Shown here one piece after another: positions 55,222-64,000 of a stretch of 64,000 bases of DNA. Position 1 is the stretch's first letter. Every line of letters starts with the position of its first letter. Source of the DNA: an uncultured virus (IMG/VR IMGVR_UViG_3300042519_003322). Its lineage: Duplodnaviria; Heunggongvirae; Uroviricota; Caudoviricetes. Location of the stretch: IMG/VR virus record IMGVR_UViG_3300042519_003322; one strand, written 5' to 3'. The position numbers and the translations under genes were made by a program. The notes under the pieces were generated by a model. That model did not search any database and was not told where the DNA came from. It saw nothing but the letters and a program-made list of their open reading frames with translations.

Positions 55222-56360
55222 TGACTCGTCAACGCCTGTTCTTGGATATGAGCTGCGTTGACGCTGCTCGTCAAAGAATACGTCACGTATACGACACCTT
55301 TGACACGGTGTGTGTTCAATTTTCTGGCGGCAAAGACTCAACCGCCGTTCTTCTCCTTGCCAAGGAGGTCCACGAAGAGCGTGGCCTAGGCCCTGTTAAG
55401 GTGATTTTCCGCGACGAAGAAATGGTGAGCCCTGTCGTCATGGACTACGTAGAGAGGGTCCGCAACTACGATTGGGTTGACATGGAGTGGTACTGCTTGC
55501 CATATCCAGCAGAAATTTGGGTTCTTGGTTACAGGATAACGACCCTCCTGTGGAGTCAAGAAAGATTTGAACAAGGCAGGTGGGTGCGACCGATGCCCCC
55601 ATGGGCAATCAGCGGCAAGAATTTTGGACTAAGTCACAGCGTTTCATTGCCTGAACAGACCGATTACTACACAATGCAGGGCAAAAAAGGAAATGTTGCC
55701 TTTCTGACTGGAGTCAGAGCAAGCGAGTCGATGGTTAGATACAGGTCGATTGTTCAGAAACTTCACGAGAATTACATAAATACGCCGTACAAGTTAAAAA
55801 AGGGAATACCACTCAAGTTCGCCAAAGTCATATATGACTGGAATACGGATGATGTTTTTAAATTCATCATCGAGGAACACGACGCAGAATACTGCAAGTA
55901 CTATGACCTCGCAACAATCACCGGAAGCAACACGCGAGTTGGAATCCCCTTGCATGCGACTGCAATAAGGCGGATTGGAGACGTTATTGCTACGGAACCA
56001 GAATTCTACGACAGGCTTTACGAGTGCTTCCCATACATAGACGCACAACGCAGACTTTGGCCAGAGTTTGACTCGGAGAAGCTGATTGATATCTACTCTC
56101 AGTTTGGATTTGATGGTGCATCAAGTTTCATCGAACAATACTTGGTGGGCGAACGACGTCAAACGGAAGCCCGTGCTTATGTTTCTAAGTTTAGAAAAAA
56201 GCACCTATCAGACCCACACGGGTACCCAGTTAGCTGGCTTATAAGAAATTTGATGCTGAACGACATTGACGTTAACTCTCCAACACCAGTTGGACCCAAG
56301 ACAAAGGCGCACACTGTCAGGGCAGTAGAACTAGAGAGAGCAGACATATATGAATATTAA
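55221..56360 (+). CDS. PAPS-reductase-like PP-loop protein (IbrA-like)
   Basis: QFSGGKDS, F.DEE, W.CLP, GVRASES..R, IYDW...DV. Confidence 0.85.
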   Translation: MTRQRLFLDMSCVDAARQRIRHVYDTFDTVCVQFSGGKDSTAVLLLAKEVHEERGLGPVKVIFRDEEMVSPVVMDYVERVRNYDWVDMEWYCLPYPAEIWVLGYRITTLLWSQERFEQGRWVRPMPPWAISGKNFGLSHSVSLPEQTDYYTMQGKKGNVAFLTGVRASESMVRYRSIVQKLHENYINTPYKLKKGIPLKFAKVIYDWNTDDVFKFIIEEHDAEYCKYYDLATITGSNTRVGIPLHATAIRRIGDVIATEPEFYDRLYECFPYIDAQRRLWPEFDSEKLIDIYSQFGFDGASSFIEQYLVGERRQTEARAYVSKFRKKHLSDPHGYPVSWLIRNLMLNDIDVNSPTPVGPKTKAHTVRAVELERADIYEY

Positions 56361-56907
56361 TATTGAATACGTAGAGCCATCGCGCTTATCTACTCCTGAG
56401 TGGCGAGCTACGTACACCCTGCGTCCGGAGATGTTAATAATTTCAGCATCGCTATCTGAGCTTGGATTCATTCAACCGATACATGCTCGCTTATCTACCG
56501 GGGAGATAATTGATGGTTCCGAGCGTTTTATTTTGGCAACCAGTATTCCGCAGATTTTAAAAAAGACCGAGGGGAAAATTCCAGTAGTTTTTCATGACGT
56601 CGACCAGGTTGACGCGATGATGATGCACCTTCGCCTAAATCGAGGGCATTCACACGTGATTGCGGAGAAAGCTTCTAAAATCATCAGGTCCGTCAGGCGT
56701 TCCGGAAAGTACGGCGCATCCGATTTCCAGGACATTCTCTGCATGCGAGCAGAAGAACTTGCATTAATGCTTGACGGAAATCTGTTCAAAGTCAGAAAAA
56801 TAAAAGAACACAATTACGCTAGAGCATGGGTTCCGATAGAGGCTCCTCCGAATTCTGTGCCCCCAGAAGTGCTTTCAATAGAAAGACCACCCAATTCCGA
56901 CAGATAG
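56350..56907 (+). CDS. ParB-like protein (IbrB-like)
   Basis: S....GFIQPI...IIDG..R...M....RLNR.; overlaps the IbrA-like gene. Confidence 0.75.
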   Translation: MNINIEYVEPSRLSTPEWRATYTLRPEMLIISASLSELGFIQPIHARLSTGEIIDGSERFILATSIPQILKKTEGKIPVVFHDVDQVDAMMMHLRLNRGHSHVIAEKASKIIRSVRRSGKYGASDFQDILCMRAEELALMLDGNLFKVRKIKEHNYARAWVPIEAPPNSVPPEVLSIERPPNSDR

Positions 56908-56954
56908 ATAAAAGTATTTTCTGGTATATTTGAACAAAGACTATAGGAGCTTTT

Positions 56955-57701
56955 ATGCCAGGAGTACGCTACGGCCCAGACATTAGTGATGACGCCGCAC
57001 ATATTACCGATTTTGTCAAGGAAACGCAAGCAAAGCTGCGCAAGGGAGTGAAGGTAGACACCCGGGACCGCAAAAAACTTGATAAATATAAACAGATTGC
57101 AGAAGACATTTTTGGTGTAAAGCCCGAAAACTTCGATAAAGGCAAGCTTGGCGATTTGGCAGAAATGGCCAGATACGGTGGTTCCAAGTCACGAAGCAAG
57201 GCTGCAAAAAGTTGGAGAACTGGCGGAACCATGAAAAAGTCCGTCAGTAAAGAGTTTGCAGACCGTGGCGACACTAGTGGTCGCAAGCCTGGTGGCGTAG
57301 GCGCCCCAGCCGATTCATGGTACGCGGGTCGCACCAGGTCAAAGAGATTCCGGGAACTTGAAGGCCGAGCTCAAAGAAGAATGAATAAAAATGGAGCAAA
57401 GTTTGGCAGAGACCCCATTGCAAAGGGGACCACAAAGCCAGGCAACTTCTTATCTCAGGTTGATAAATTGAACATAGCAAGAACGCGTGAAGGCAGCAGC
57501 GATATTCTCAACAGACCAAGAGGAGGGAAGGCCGCTGCAGGTCGCATTAAGCGTGTAGGTGGACCAATTCGTCCACCTAAGGCTAAATCAAACCAAAAGG
57601 CGGCGCAACGGGCAAAAACTCCAGCGGAACGAGCAGCCGCGGGCAGGCGTGAAGCTGACAAACTTGCAAAAGGCGGAAGCAAAAAAGGCAAGAAGAAATA
57701 A
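56955..57701 (+). CDS. highly basic Lys/Arg/Gly-rich protein (possible DNA-condensing or core protein)
   Basis: 248 aa, strongly basic, AGGAG RBS. Confidence 0.7.
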   Translation: MPGVRYGPDISDDAAHITDFVKETQAKLRKGVKVDTRDRKKLDKYKQIAEDIFGVKPENFDKGKLGDLAEMARYGGSKSRSKAAKSWRTGGTMKKSVSKEFADRGDTSGRKPGGVGAPADSWYAGRTRSKRFRELEGRAQRRMNKNGAKFGRDPIAKGTTKPGNFLSQVDKLNIARTREGSSDILNRPRGGKAAAGRIKRVGGPIRPPKAKSNQKAAQRAKTPAERAAAGRREADKLAKGGSKKGKKK

Positions 57702-57717
57702 ACTTCTTCGCGCCGAT

Positions 57718-58128
57718 TTAGTTCCTCATTAAATAGTCATCATGTCTTTCGAAGCCACTATCTGGCTCAAAGTCTTCCAGGATGTCATCCCAGTGAATGT
57801 CTTCTTCTGTGGCAATATCTTCCTTAATGAGGAACTCTTTGACGGACGGTCTCGGTTCTAGCGTTGCTACGTACTTTCCCGTTTCGTCTTTACCAATAAT
57901 CTTCATACCTGTAGCGGCCATCATGGAGCAAGTGATGGACCATAGAAAATCCGTGTAATCACTCATTGCATCCTCATTGACTTCGCCTTCTTCGTCAAAG
58001 ATGTTTTCTTCTCTTTCGTTTACCCAGAAAAAAAGGACCTTTAGGACATTTTGCAAAACTTCAACATTTGCTGCCCGCTTGGTTTCTTCGTTGGAAAAAT
58101 ATTCTGTAATCGTAATTTCTGTTTTCAT
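57718..58128 (-). CDS. acidic hypothetical protein (paralog of the adjacent gene)
   Basis: Shares VLFF...MAATGMKIIG...G.YV...P..S with 58125-58427. Confidence 0.7.
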   Translation of the reverse strand: MKTEITITEYFSNEETKRAANVEVLQNVLKVLFFWVNEREENIFDEEGEVNEDAMSDYTDFLWSITCSMMAATGMKIIGKDETGKYVATLEPRPSVKEFLIKEDIATEEDIHWDDILEDFEPDSGFERHDDYLMRN

Positions 58129-58427
58129 TTGGATTCATTCTCCTTTTCAAAGTGTTCTAGTGACTTATATGGCTTGAATTTCACAACGTAGTCGCCGTTA
58201 ATATTCTCCCCAACCACCCGCATCCCTGCCACGGCCATCAAGAGCGAGGCAAGGCCAAAAGACTCGTCCATCAGTTCATCTATGTCCGAGTCGCTCATTG
58301 GCTGACCGTCGGGCATGAACAGGAAAAAAATAACCCTAGTTATTCTTCCAAGAATCTCCATATTTATTGACTTAAGGTCATCTCCCTTAATGTCAATAAT
58401 TGTATCGAATTTACTTTTTCCCGACAT
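58125..58427 (-). CDS. hypothetical protein (paralog of the adjacent gene)
   Basis: VIFF...MAVAGMRVVG...GDYV...PYKS. Confidence 0.7.
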   Translation of the reverse strand: MSGKSKFDTIIDIKGDDLKSINMEILGRITRVIFFLFMPDGQPMSDSDIDELMDESFGLASLLMAVAGMRVVGENINGDYVVKFKPYKSLEHFEKENESK

Positions 58428-58546
58428 GGCATGAATCTACACCAATTCCGTTGCTCGGTCAACCCTTCTCTCCTCCCACAAGTTAACTAGGTGTTAGAAT
58501 TTGATGAAGCATTTATTTGCAAAATCGCTTTATCACGGGAGTGACG

Positions 58547-59191
58547 ATGATTGTCTCAGTTAATGATGTCAAGGTATATATGGATATCAAGCTGTCGGCA
58601 CGTCAGGAAGATGCCGCCGTCATGGTCCTCGCCGGTCTTCAAAGCGAGCTCGAATCATTCCTACGTCGCCCGATAGAGGTCGGCGAATATGTAGAAGAGC
58701 ACCGTCTGGACTCCAATCACAATGGCACCCCAATGGGGACATTTTTAACAGCAGACAACACCAGTTATAATTCTTCTTTCACTAAAGGTTCATACACCGA
58801 CATAGTTGCGTGGGCGACACCGCCACCCGCTATTTACTTTAGAAATACCCCAATTGCTTCAATATCAGAGGTTAAGGTAAAGCCACTTTTTGGCACGGAA
58901 AGAGTACTTATTGAAGATACCGACTACGTTACGCGAACATACGGGATTGATTACTACCACGGATATTCGGATGACCTAATAACCATTACGTATACCGCTG
59001 GATTGGATGGTCCATCAATACCCGTCTTCAAGCTAATGATACTTAGAGCAGCATCACGTGAAATGCAAAACATGCACGATGACGTGGTTGGAGTCAAAGA
59101 CATCACAACAAGAAATACCGGTCCGCTTGTTACGGGCTTCCTTGATTCGGAACTTTCTTCATTGCGCAAATACCGTCGCGTTCGGGCTTAA
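58547..59191 (+). CDS. head-tail adaptor/connector protein
   Basis: VS..DVK.YM...ELESFL.RP...ITITYTAG...L..YRR; first gene of the neck-tail operon. Confidence 0.75.
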   Translation: MIVSVNDVKVYMDIKLSARQEDAAVMVLAGLQSELESFLRRPIEVGEYVEEHRLDSNHNGTPMGTFLTADNTSYNSSFTKGSYTDIVAWATPPPAIYFRNTPIASISEVKVKPLFGTERVLIEDTDYVTRTYGIDYYHGYSDDLITITYTAGLDGPSIPVFKLMILRAASREMQNMHDDVVGVKDITTRNTGPLVTGFLDSELSSLRKYRRVRA

Positions 59192-59193
59192 TT

Positions 59194-59694
59194 ATGTCCA
59201 GAAGCGGCATAGTAGTTTATATTGGAGATACTGATTTCCACGGCGAGGACGCAAAGGACCGCTTAGGAAACATGAAAGACAGGGCTAAATCAATGCGGCC
59301 TGTTTTGAATTGGGCTAAGGGTTATTTAGAAAGAGCATATTCTAAGAATTTCACCACCATGGGTGCCCTTTCCGCCAAGGCGATGCTCAAGGGTGCATGG
59401 CCACCACTTGATGAAGAGTATGAGTCGTGGAAGTTCCGTAACGCACCTGGGGCTCCGCCCTTGGTATTAACTGGAAAGCTGTTTCGCAGCGTTGCCGGCA
59501 TTGGGTCTAGCCCCAAGAACTCAATTAGTGACATGGAAGCAACTTTTGTGGTTGATAGCCCAATTGCAAAATTTCATCAGTATGGAACCCAGGACATGCC
59601 TGCTCGCAAGATACTGTTCGTTCCCAATAGTTTTGACAAAGACATTAATAAAAAAGCAACGCAGTACATCGTCCAGGGGAGCAAGCTGGCATGA
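59194..59694 (+). CDS. virion morphogenesis / tail completion protein (Mu gpG-like)
   Basis: WPPL...Y..WK...LV.TG.L..S...AKFHQYGT..MPAR. Confidence 0.8.
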   Translation: MSRSGIVVYIGDTDFHGEDAKDRLGNMKDRAKSMRPVLNWAKGYLERAYSKNFTTMGALSAKAMLKGAWPPLDEEYESWKFRNAPGAPPLVLTGKLFRSVAGIGSSPKNSISDMEATFVVDSPIAKFHQYGTQDMPARKILFVPNSFDKDINKKATQYIVQGSKLA

Positions 59695-60299
59695 CCTACT
59701 TAATGAATGGCTCGCATTTTGCTAAAAAATATGTCAATGACTATTTGACCGCCGACCTTCCGATTCGCCTCATTCGGTACAGAAACGGCTGGAACCTCGA
59801 TAGCACAAAGCTTCCGGACCCCGGTCAGTACATAGGTTACGAGCCAATGGCGATAGATGAATGGCCCTCGGTTATTACCGTCGCGCTCTCCATGAATGGA
59901 CTTGAAAGAATAGGTTACGACCAAACCGACCCTCTTTATCGCGTCAGCTACTCCATGCGGACCTATCTATGGGTGCGAGACGAAGGAAACGAAGCAACAA
60001 CTTTAATGAGAGATAGATTGACGACGGTAACTAGGAGCGCCCTTCTTGACTACCCTTGCCTCAAGGCCCACGACTCACGAACGTCTTTTAGGGCTCTTAT
60101 CAGCGAAAATAGCTTCCGGGAAGAGTATTCAGACATAACCCTACTCAAGGGCGACCGAATGATGGCAGGGGCATACATTGCCTACACGCTAGAAATGGAC
60201 GAGGTTGTCGCTCGAGAAGCATTGGGTGTTGTCTCAGAAGTAGAGGTCGAGACCACCCCTACTGGTGTTGGTCAGGAGATGCCGTCCCTTGATTACTGA
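59691..60299 (+). CDS. putative tail terminator/completion protein
   Basis: Position between the gpG-like and sheath genes; size about 200 aa. Confidence 0.55.
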   Translation: MTYLMNGSHFAKKYVNDYLTADLPIRLIRYRNGWNLDSTKLPDPGQYIGYEPMAIDEWPSVITVALSMNGLERIGYDQTDPLYRVSYSMRTYLWVRDEGNEATTLMRDRLTTVTRSALLDYPCLKAHDSRTSFRALISENSFREEYSDITLLKGDRMMAGAYIAYTLEMDEVVAREALGVVSEVEVETTPTGVGQEMPSLDY

Positions 60300-60325
60300 A
60301 AATATTGTTTTAAAAGTTCAATTCA

Positions 60326-60361
60326 TAGTTGCACAAAATAATAGAATCCCATCTGTACAAT
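60326..60361 (+). promoter_or_regulatory. putative structural-gene promoter TAGTTGCAC-N21-TACAAT
   Basis: Shared motif and spacing with the capsid and protease upstream regions. Confidence 0.6.
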
Positions 60362-60404
60362 TGAAATCACAAACAGGATTCCCTATGCGAAACAGTGAGG
60401 TTCT

Positions 60405-61868
60405 ATGCCTGGCGTAGTCATTTCAACTTCAGTTAGAACTGGTCCATCAACGGCAACGGTGCGCGAATCTTCGCAGCTGTTCATTGTTGGCAAAACAGAG
60501 CGTGGTCCATCGGACGAAGCCGTACTTGTCGAGAGTCTTAGTGACTTCGAAGACATTTTCGGTGGATTTCTGACGTCCTCGTACACCCACCCAACGGTGG
60601 AGACATTTTTCGAGGAAGGTGGAACGCGAGCTTTCATTGCGCGCGCCGTTGGTGCATCAGCAACAGTCGGCTCGTTGACTTTGAATGGTCCAGCCTCCGC
60701 CGCCGCAATTACGTTGACGGCAAATGGCGCAGGCGCTTGGAGCGCGGACGTCGGAGTTGCTGTAACGCACCCAACCGCAACAACCTTCAAAGTTGATATT
60801 TACTACGACGGCGTTTTGAAATACACAACTGGAAGCGTAACGACAGTATCACAGGCAGTCGGACGAATTAACCTAAGTGCGGTTGCTGCTCGCTATGTGA
60901 CAGCAGCGGTTGCTTCTGGTGGTACGGCCCTGAAGCCGGTAGTACTTGCAGAAACGGCGTTGGGAACAGGCGACGACAACAATGACACCGTAACTTCTGC
61001 TGAATACATCGCTCAGCTTACGTTGTTCAATGACGCTCTCGGCTCGGGCGCTGTTGTTTGCCCAGAGGATAGCGGCGACACTGTGGCTGAAGCCCTCATC
61101 GACCACGCAAACGCAAATAGCAGAATCGCAATTTTGTTTGGAACAGAAGACGCAACTGCTACCGCCATGAAGGAAAAGGCACTCTCACTTCAAACGGGAG
61201 AAGGCTCAGAGCATGCGGCACTGTACCATCCGTGGGTTTTAGTTCCCACTAGCGTGCCTGGCATAGGACGATTCATTCCACCAGTTGGATATATCGCTGC
61301 AAAGCGCGCCGTTGCCCATAATGGGACCGGACCACATCTTCCAGCCGCAGGAATTGTTTCAGCGGCCAAGTTTGTGACCGGCATCAAGACTGACATTAGC
61401 AAGGTTGTCGGTGACGACCTTGACGAAGGCAACGTAAACGCAATTCGAGTGATTCAAAACACGATTCGCGTGTATGGAGCCCGTTCGCTCTCTTCCGATA
61501 ACGACAACTTCCGCTATATCACGCAACAGGATGTTGTTAACTCAATCGTTACAGAGTGCTACCGGTCGCTTGAAGATGTGGTGTTCAGCTCAATCGATGG
61601 AAGAAACACCATTTTCGCTGACATCGAGTCACGCCTTGTGTCAATCCTGTCGGTAATGCGCAACCTCGGTGCTCTTTACCCAGCATTTGATGCCAACGGC
61701 CGTGAGCTAGATAACGGATACATCGTGAAGTGCGATTCCTCAATCAACCCAACCTCACAGTTGGCAAATGGTTTGGTGAAAGCCAGAGTCGGTGTCCGTG
61801 TCAGCAGCATTGGTGACAGAATTGAAATCGATATCGTAAAGTCTAACCTCACTTCAACAGTGGTTTAA
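60405..61868 (+). CDS. tail sheath protein
   Basis: MPGV, G.TERGP, FFEEGG...R, ALYHPW, PP.G..A, VN.IR, VYGARSL. Confidence 0.92.
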   Translation: MPGVVISTSVRTGPSTATVRESSQLFIVGKTERGPSDEAVLVESLSDFEDIFGGFLTSSYTHPTVETFFEEGGTRAFIARAVGASATVGSLTLNGPASAAAITLTANGAGAWSADVGVAVTHPTATTFKVDIYYDGVLKYTTGSVTTVSQAVGRINLSAVAARYVTAAVASGGTALKPVVLAETALGTGDDNNDTVTSAEYIAQLTLFNDALGSGAVVCPEDSGDTVAEALIDHANANSRIAILFGTEDATATAMKEKALSLQTGEGSEHAALYHPWVLVPTSVPGIGRFIPPVGYIAAKRAVAHNGTGPHLPAAGIVSAAKFVTGIKTDISKVVGDDLDEGNVNAIRVIQNTIRVYGARSLSSDNDNFRYITQQDVVNSIVTECYRSLEDVVFSSIDGRNTIFADIESRLVSILSVMRNLGALYPAFDANGRELDNGYIVKCDSSINPTSQLANGLVKARVGVRVSSIGDRIEIDIVKSNLTSTVV

Positions 61869-61884
61869 TCGAAGGAAGTAGCTA

Positions 61885-62388
61885 ATGGCAAAAGTATCAC
61901 AGAGACAAGTACTTGCAACAATAGTTCCAAGCACTTTCATTAACGGCAAGCAGCAGACCAACGTGCAGGTGAACCTTCCCAAGTGGGGTAATCTTCGCTT
62001 TGCCCAGGTGTCGGGTGGAGAAATCACCGCCTCTGTAGAAAAAATCTACGAAGGTGGCAGTGCTCGACCTACAGTTCTCTGCGCTCCATCTGAAATAGGC
62101 GACATTACACTGACGGCACACTACGACGACGATATGACCAGCGCCGATACTGCTGCTGGCATTGGCGCCAAGCTGCAGGGCCTGCGCAAATATGTAGGTA
62201 CCGGTTACTACAACATTACGGTATCTGTTTATAGCTGCGACATCAAAGACCCCACAAACGACAGAATTTACTCCAATGCTTTGTTGGTGGGAATGACCGA
62301 ACCAGAAGGTGACTCTTCTTCGGGTGCTCCGGCGACATTCGCCTTGACCTTTGCTATCTCGGACGTAAACGCACCAACTTTAAGCTAG
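61885..62388 (+). CDS. tail tube protein
   Basis: Follows the sheath; F..VSGG......YEGG...GDITLT...EGDSSS pattern. Confidence 0.8.
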   Translation: MAKVSQRQVLATIVPSTFINGKQQTNVQVNLPKWGNLRFAQVSGGEITASVEKIYEGGSARPTVLCAPSEIGDITLTAHYDDDMTSADTAAGIGAKLQGLRKYVGTGYYNITVSVYSCDIKDPTNDRIYSNALLVGMTEPEGDSSSGAPATFALTFAISDVNAPTLS

Positions 62389-62427
62389 TTGCATAGAGTC
62401 GGTTAATTATGTGATAGTTTTTGCTCT

Positions 62428-62979
62428 ATGAGCGAAAATTCACTATACGTAACTGAAGAAGCCGACGACGGAAAAAGCAACAAGAAGTCAACTCATCGTG
62501 ATTCCTTGTTGCCTGCCGCCAAGGAAGAGACCCAGCTTGAAAAGCTGAGAAACATTGTCAAGAAAAAGGTTGAGCGGTCCGTAGTCCACATTCAGGTGAC
62601 AGAACGCCCGGGTGTAAGCCTCAAAGTGAGCCCCAATATCACTCAATCGCAGATGAAGAACTGGCGCAAAAATGCTGGTGAAGATTCAAGAAATGGACTT
62701 GACTCGCTCAAGTTTGCTTGTCTAGTTATCGGCCACACCACCATAGGTATCTGCATTGATGATGAAGAGATTTTTGACGAAAACGGCAATAATCTCAATT
62801 TTGCCCATCCTCAAATTCTCGAAATGACCGAGTCGATGAAGCCGGTTCCGGATGCAGTTCGGGCGATGTTTGGCGTTGACCCACATGTTGAATCCGCAGC
62901 TTTGGCAATCCTTGACTCCGCTGGATACTCAGACACGGTTGCTGCTGTGGACCCTACGAAGGAGTCTTCGACGAACTAG
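62428..62979 (+). CDS. tail assembly chaperone (gpG-like)
   Basis: Lies between the tube and tape measure genes; ends ...VDPTKESSTN. Confidence 0.7.
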   Translation: MSENSLYVTEEADDGKSNKKSTHRDSLLPAAKEETQLEKLRNIVKKKVERSVVHIQVTERPGVSLKVSPNITQSQMKNWRKNAGEDSRNGLDSLKFACLVIGHTTIGICIDDEEIFDENGNNLNFAHPQILEMTESMKPVPDAVRAMFGVDPHVESAALAILDSAGYSDTVAAVDPTKESSTN

Positions 62980-63143
62980 TTGAAGATTCCACACTTATAT
63001 CTGCGGCAAGATTAGGCGAGTTATTTCACGTTAGTCCATTGGAATTAATGGACGTAGACGATAATGACTGGTTACTACTTCTTGCCTGTGCTAAAGTTAT
63101 AAGTAACGACCGCGAAGAGCAAGAGCGCAAGCCGAAGACTTAG
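62949..63143 (+). CDS. tail assembly chaperone frameshift extension (gpT-like, -1 frame)
   Basis: The -1 frame reads GPYEGVFDELVEDSTLISAARLGELFHVSPLELMDVDDNDWLLLLACAKVISNDREEQERKPKT*, with no ATG until late in the frame. Confidence 0.6.
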   Translation, partial: GPYEGVFDELVEDSTLISAARLGELFHVSPLELMDVDDNDWLLLLACAKVISNDREEQERKPKT

Positions 63144-63208
63144 GGGTGGAGCCCCCATAGCTTGGCAGCCTTACACTCACGTGACTTAAAACTCACACGG
63201 AGTGCCAA

Positions 63209-64000
63209 ATGGCTGATGAAATAGTTGATATTAAAATTAAGTTTGAGGCCCAAACTAGGGAGCTCACTAAAGCAATAGCTCAGCTTTCATTACTAGAAAA
63301 AAGAGTAAAAAAACTTTCCAGCGGCAGGGGCGAAGCTCTCGCTCAACAATCGGGTAGTAAACTAGCAAATACCACAAAAGGCTGGAAACGCAGTTTCGAC
63401 GCCATAGATGCTGGCGCCAAAATGGCAGGAAAAGGGCTCACTAAGTTCCTCGGTATGGCTATCAAGGGTGTCGTTATAGAAATGGCAGCCCTTGGAGCTG
63501 CGATGATAGGAGTCCACGCACTATTTGCAGCTGGGCAATTACTTGTCAAAGCATATAGGGGGGCGATGCAAATGCTTTCTGCTGGTGCGGCGGGGGTAGT
63601 CGTCGCAATATCGGCAGCGAGCGCCGCTATCAGGGAGCAGCAGGCCGCCATTTATGCCTACAGAGGCAAGGGAGCCCCTGCATTTGGTTCAGCGATGAAT
63701 CAGACAAGAATGGGCATGCGGAACCTACAGAGCGACGCAAGTCTGGCGACTCTCGGAGTCGAAGCACTCAACAAGGCTTACGGAACCATGTCCAAGTCGA
63801 TGAATACCGCACAAATAAATAAAAGCGGTGCATCAATCAAGGCTTTGATGGACTTTGGTTCAGCGGGCCAAGACCCCGCAAAGGGCCTAGAACAAGTATC
63901 TATTGTTATCGAAAATCTTTCTAACAGTAAAAAGAGTATTTCTGACGTAATAACAGAAGCTAAAAAACTTGGCCCAGAAATGGAAAAAGCCCTAAAAGGG
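63209..64000 (+). CDS. putative tape measure protein (partial)
   Basis: Not in the ORF track. ATG at 63209 after GGAG; hand translation is Ala/Gly-rich and helical (MADEIVDIKIKFEAQTRELTKAIAQLSLLEKRVKKLSSG...) and open to the end of the window. Confidence 0.8.
   Translation, partial: MADEIVDIKIKFEAQTRELTKAIAQLSLLEKRVKKLSSGRGEALAQQSGSKLANTTKGWKRSFDAIDAGAKMAGKGLTKFLGMAIKGVVIEMAALGAAMIGVHALFAAGQLLVKAYRGAMQMLSAGAAGVVVAISAASAAIREQQAAIYAYRGKGAPAFGSAMNQTRMGMRNLQSDASLATLGVEALNKAYGTMSKSMNTAQINKSGASIKALMDFGSAGQDPAKGLEQVSIVIENLSNSKKSISDVITEAKKLGPEMEKALKG

Noticed and set aside
1..64000. Stop-codon reassignment
   Set aside because: Genes are long and tightly packed under the standard code, and TAA, TAG and TGA all end recognisable genes at the expected positions.

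Overview
This window is part of a large tailed dsDNA phage genome. A sheath and tube indicate a contractile tail, and a WhiB gene plus apparently leaderless genes point to an actinobacterial host. It carries a replication and regulation block (primase-helicase, WhiB, class II ribonucleotide reductase, HNH, tRNA-Arg) and a minus-strand head operon (portal, HK97-type prohead protease, scaffold-like protein, many small head-region proteins, HK97 major capsid). It also has a divergently transcribed terminase, a recombination block (Rad52/Sak-like, RecB/Cas4-like, RuvC-like), ParB and IbrA/IbrB-like genes, and the start of the neck/tail operon. The most striking feature is three giant multidomain proteins (3305, 2849 and 2887 aa). 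Their enzymatic modules include GNAT, zincin, ADP-ribosyltransferase-like, DEDDh exonuclease, Cys-His-Asp hydrolase, ParB, ArdC and SF1 helicase domains. These modules are separated by a recurring L-S-S-G linker motif: 17 exact copies plus variants, encoded by varied codons. Two of the proteins share a basic leader module, and one is fused behind the prohead protease through an A10 slippery tract. I infer a virion-packaged, proteolytically processed polyprotein cargo system. All product calls come from motif recognition by eye; no database searches were run.
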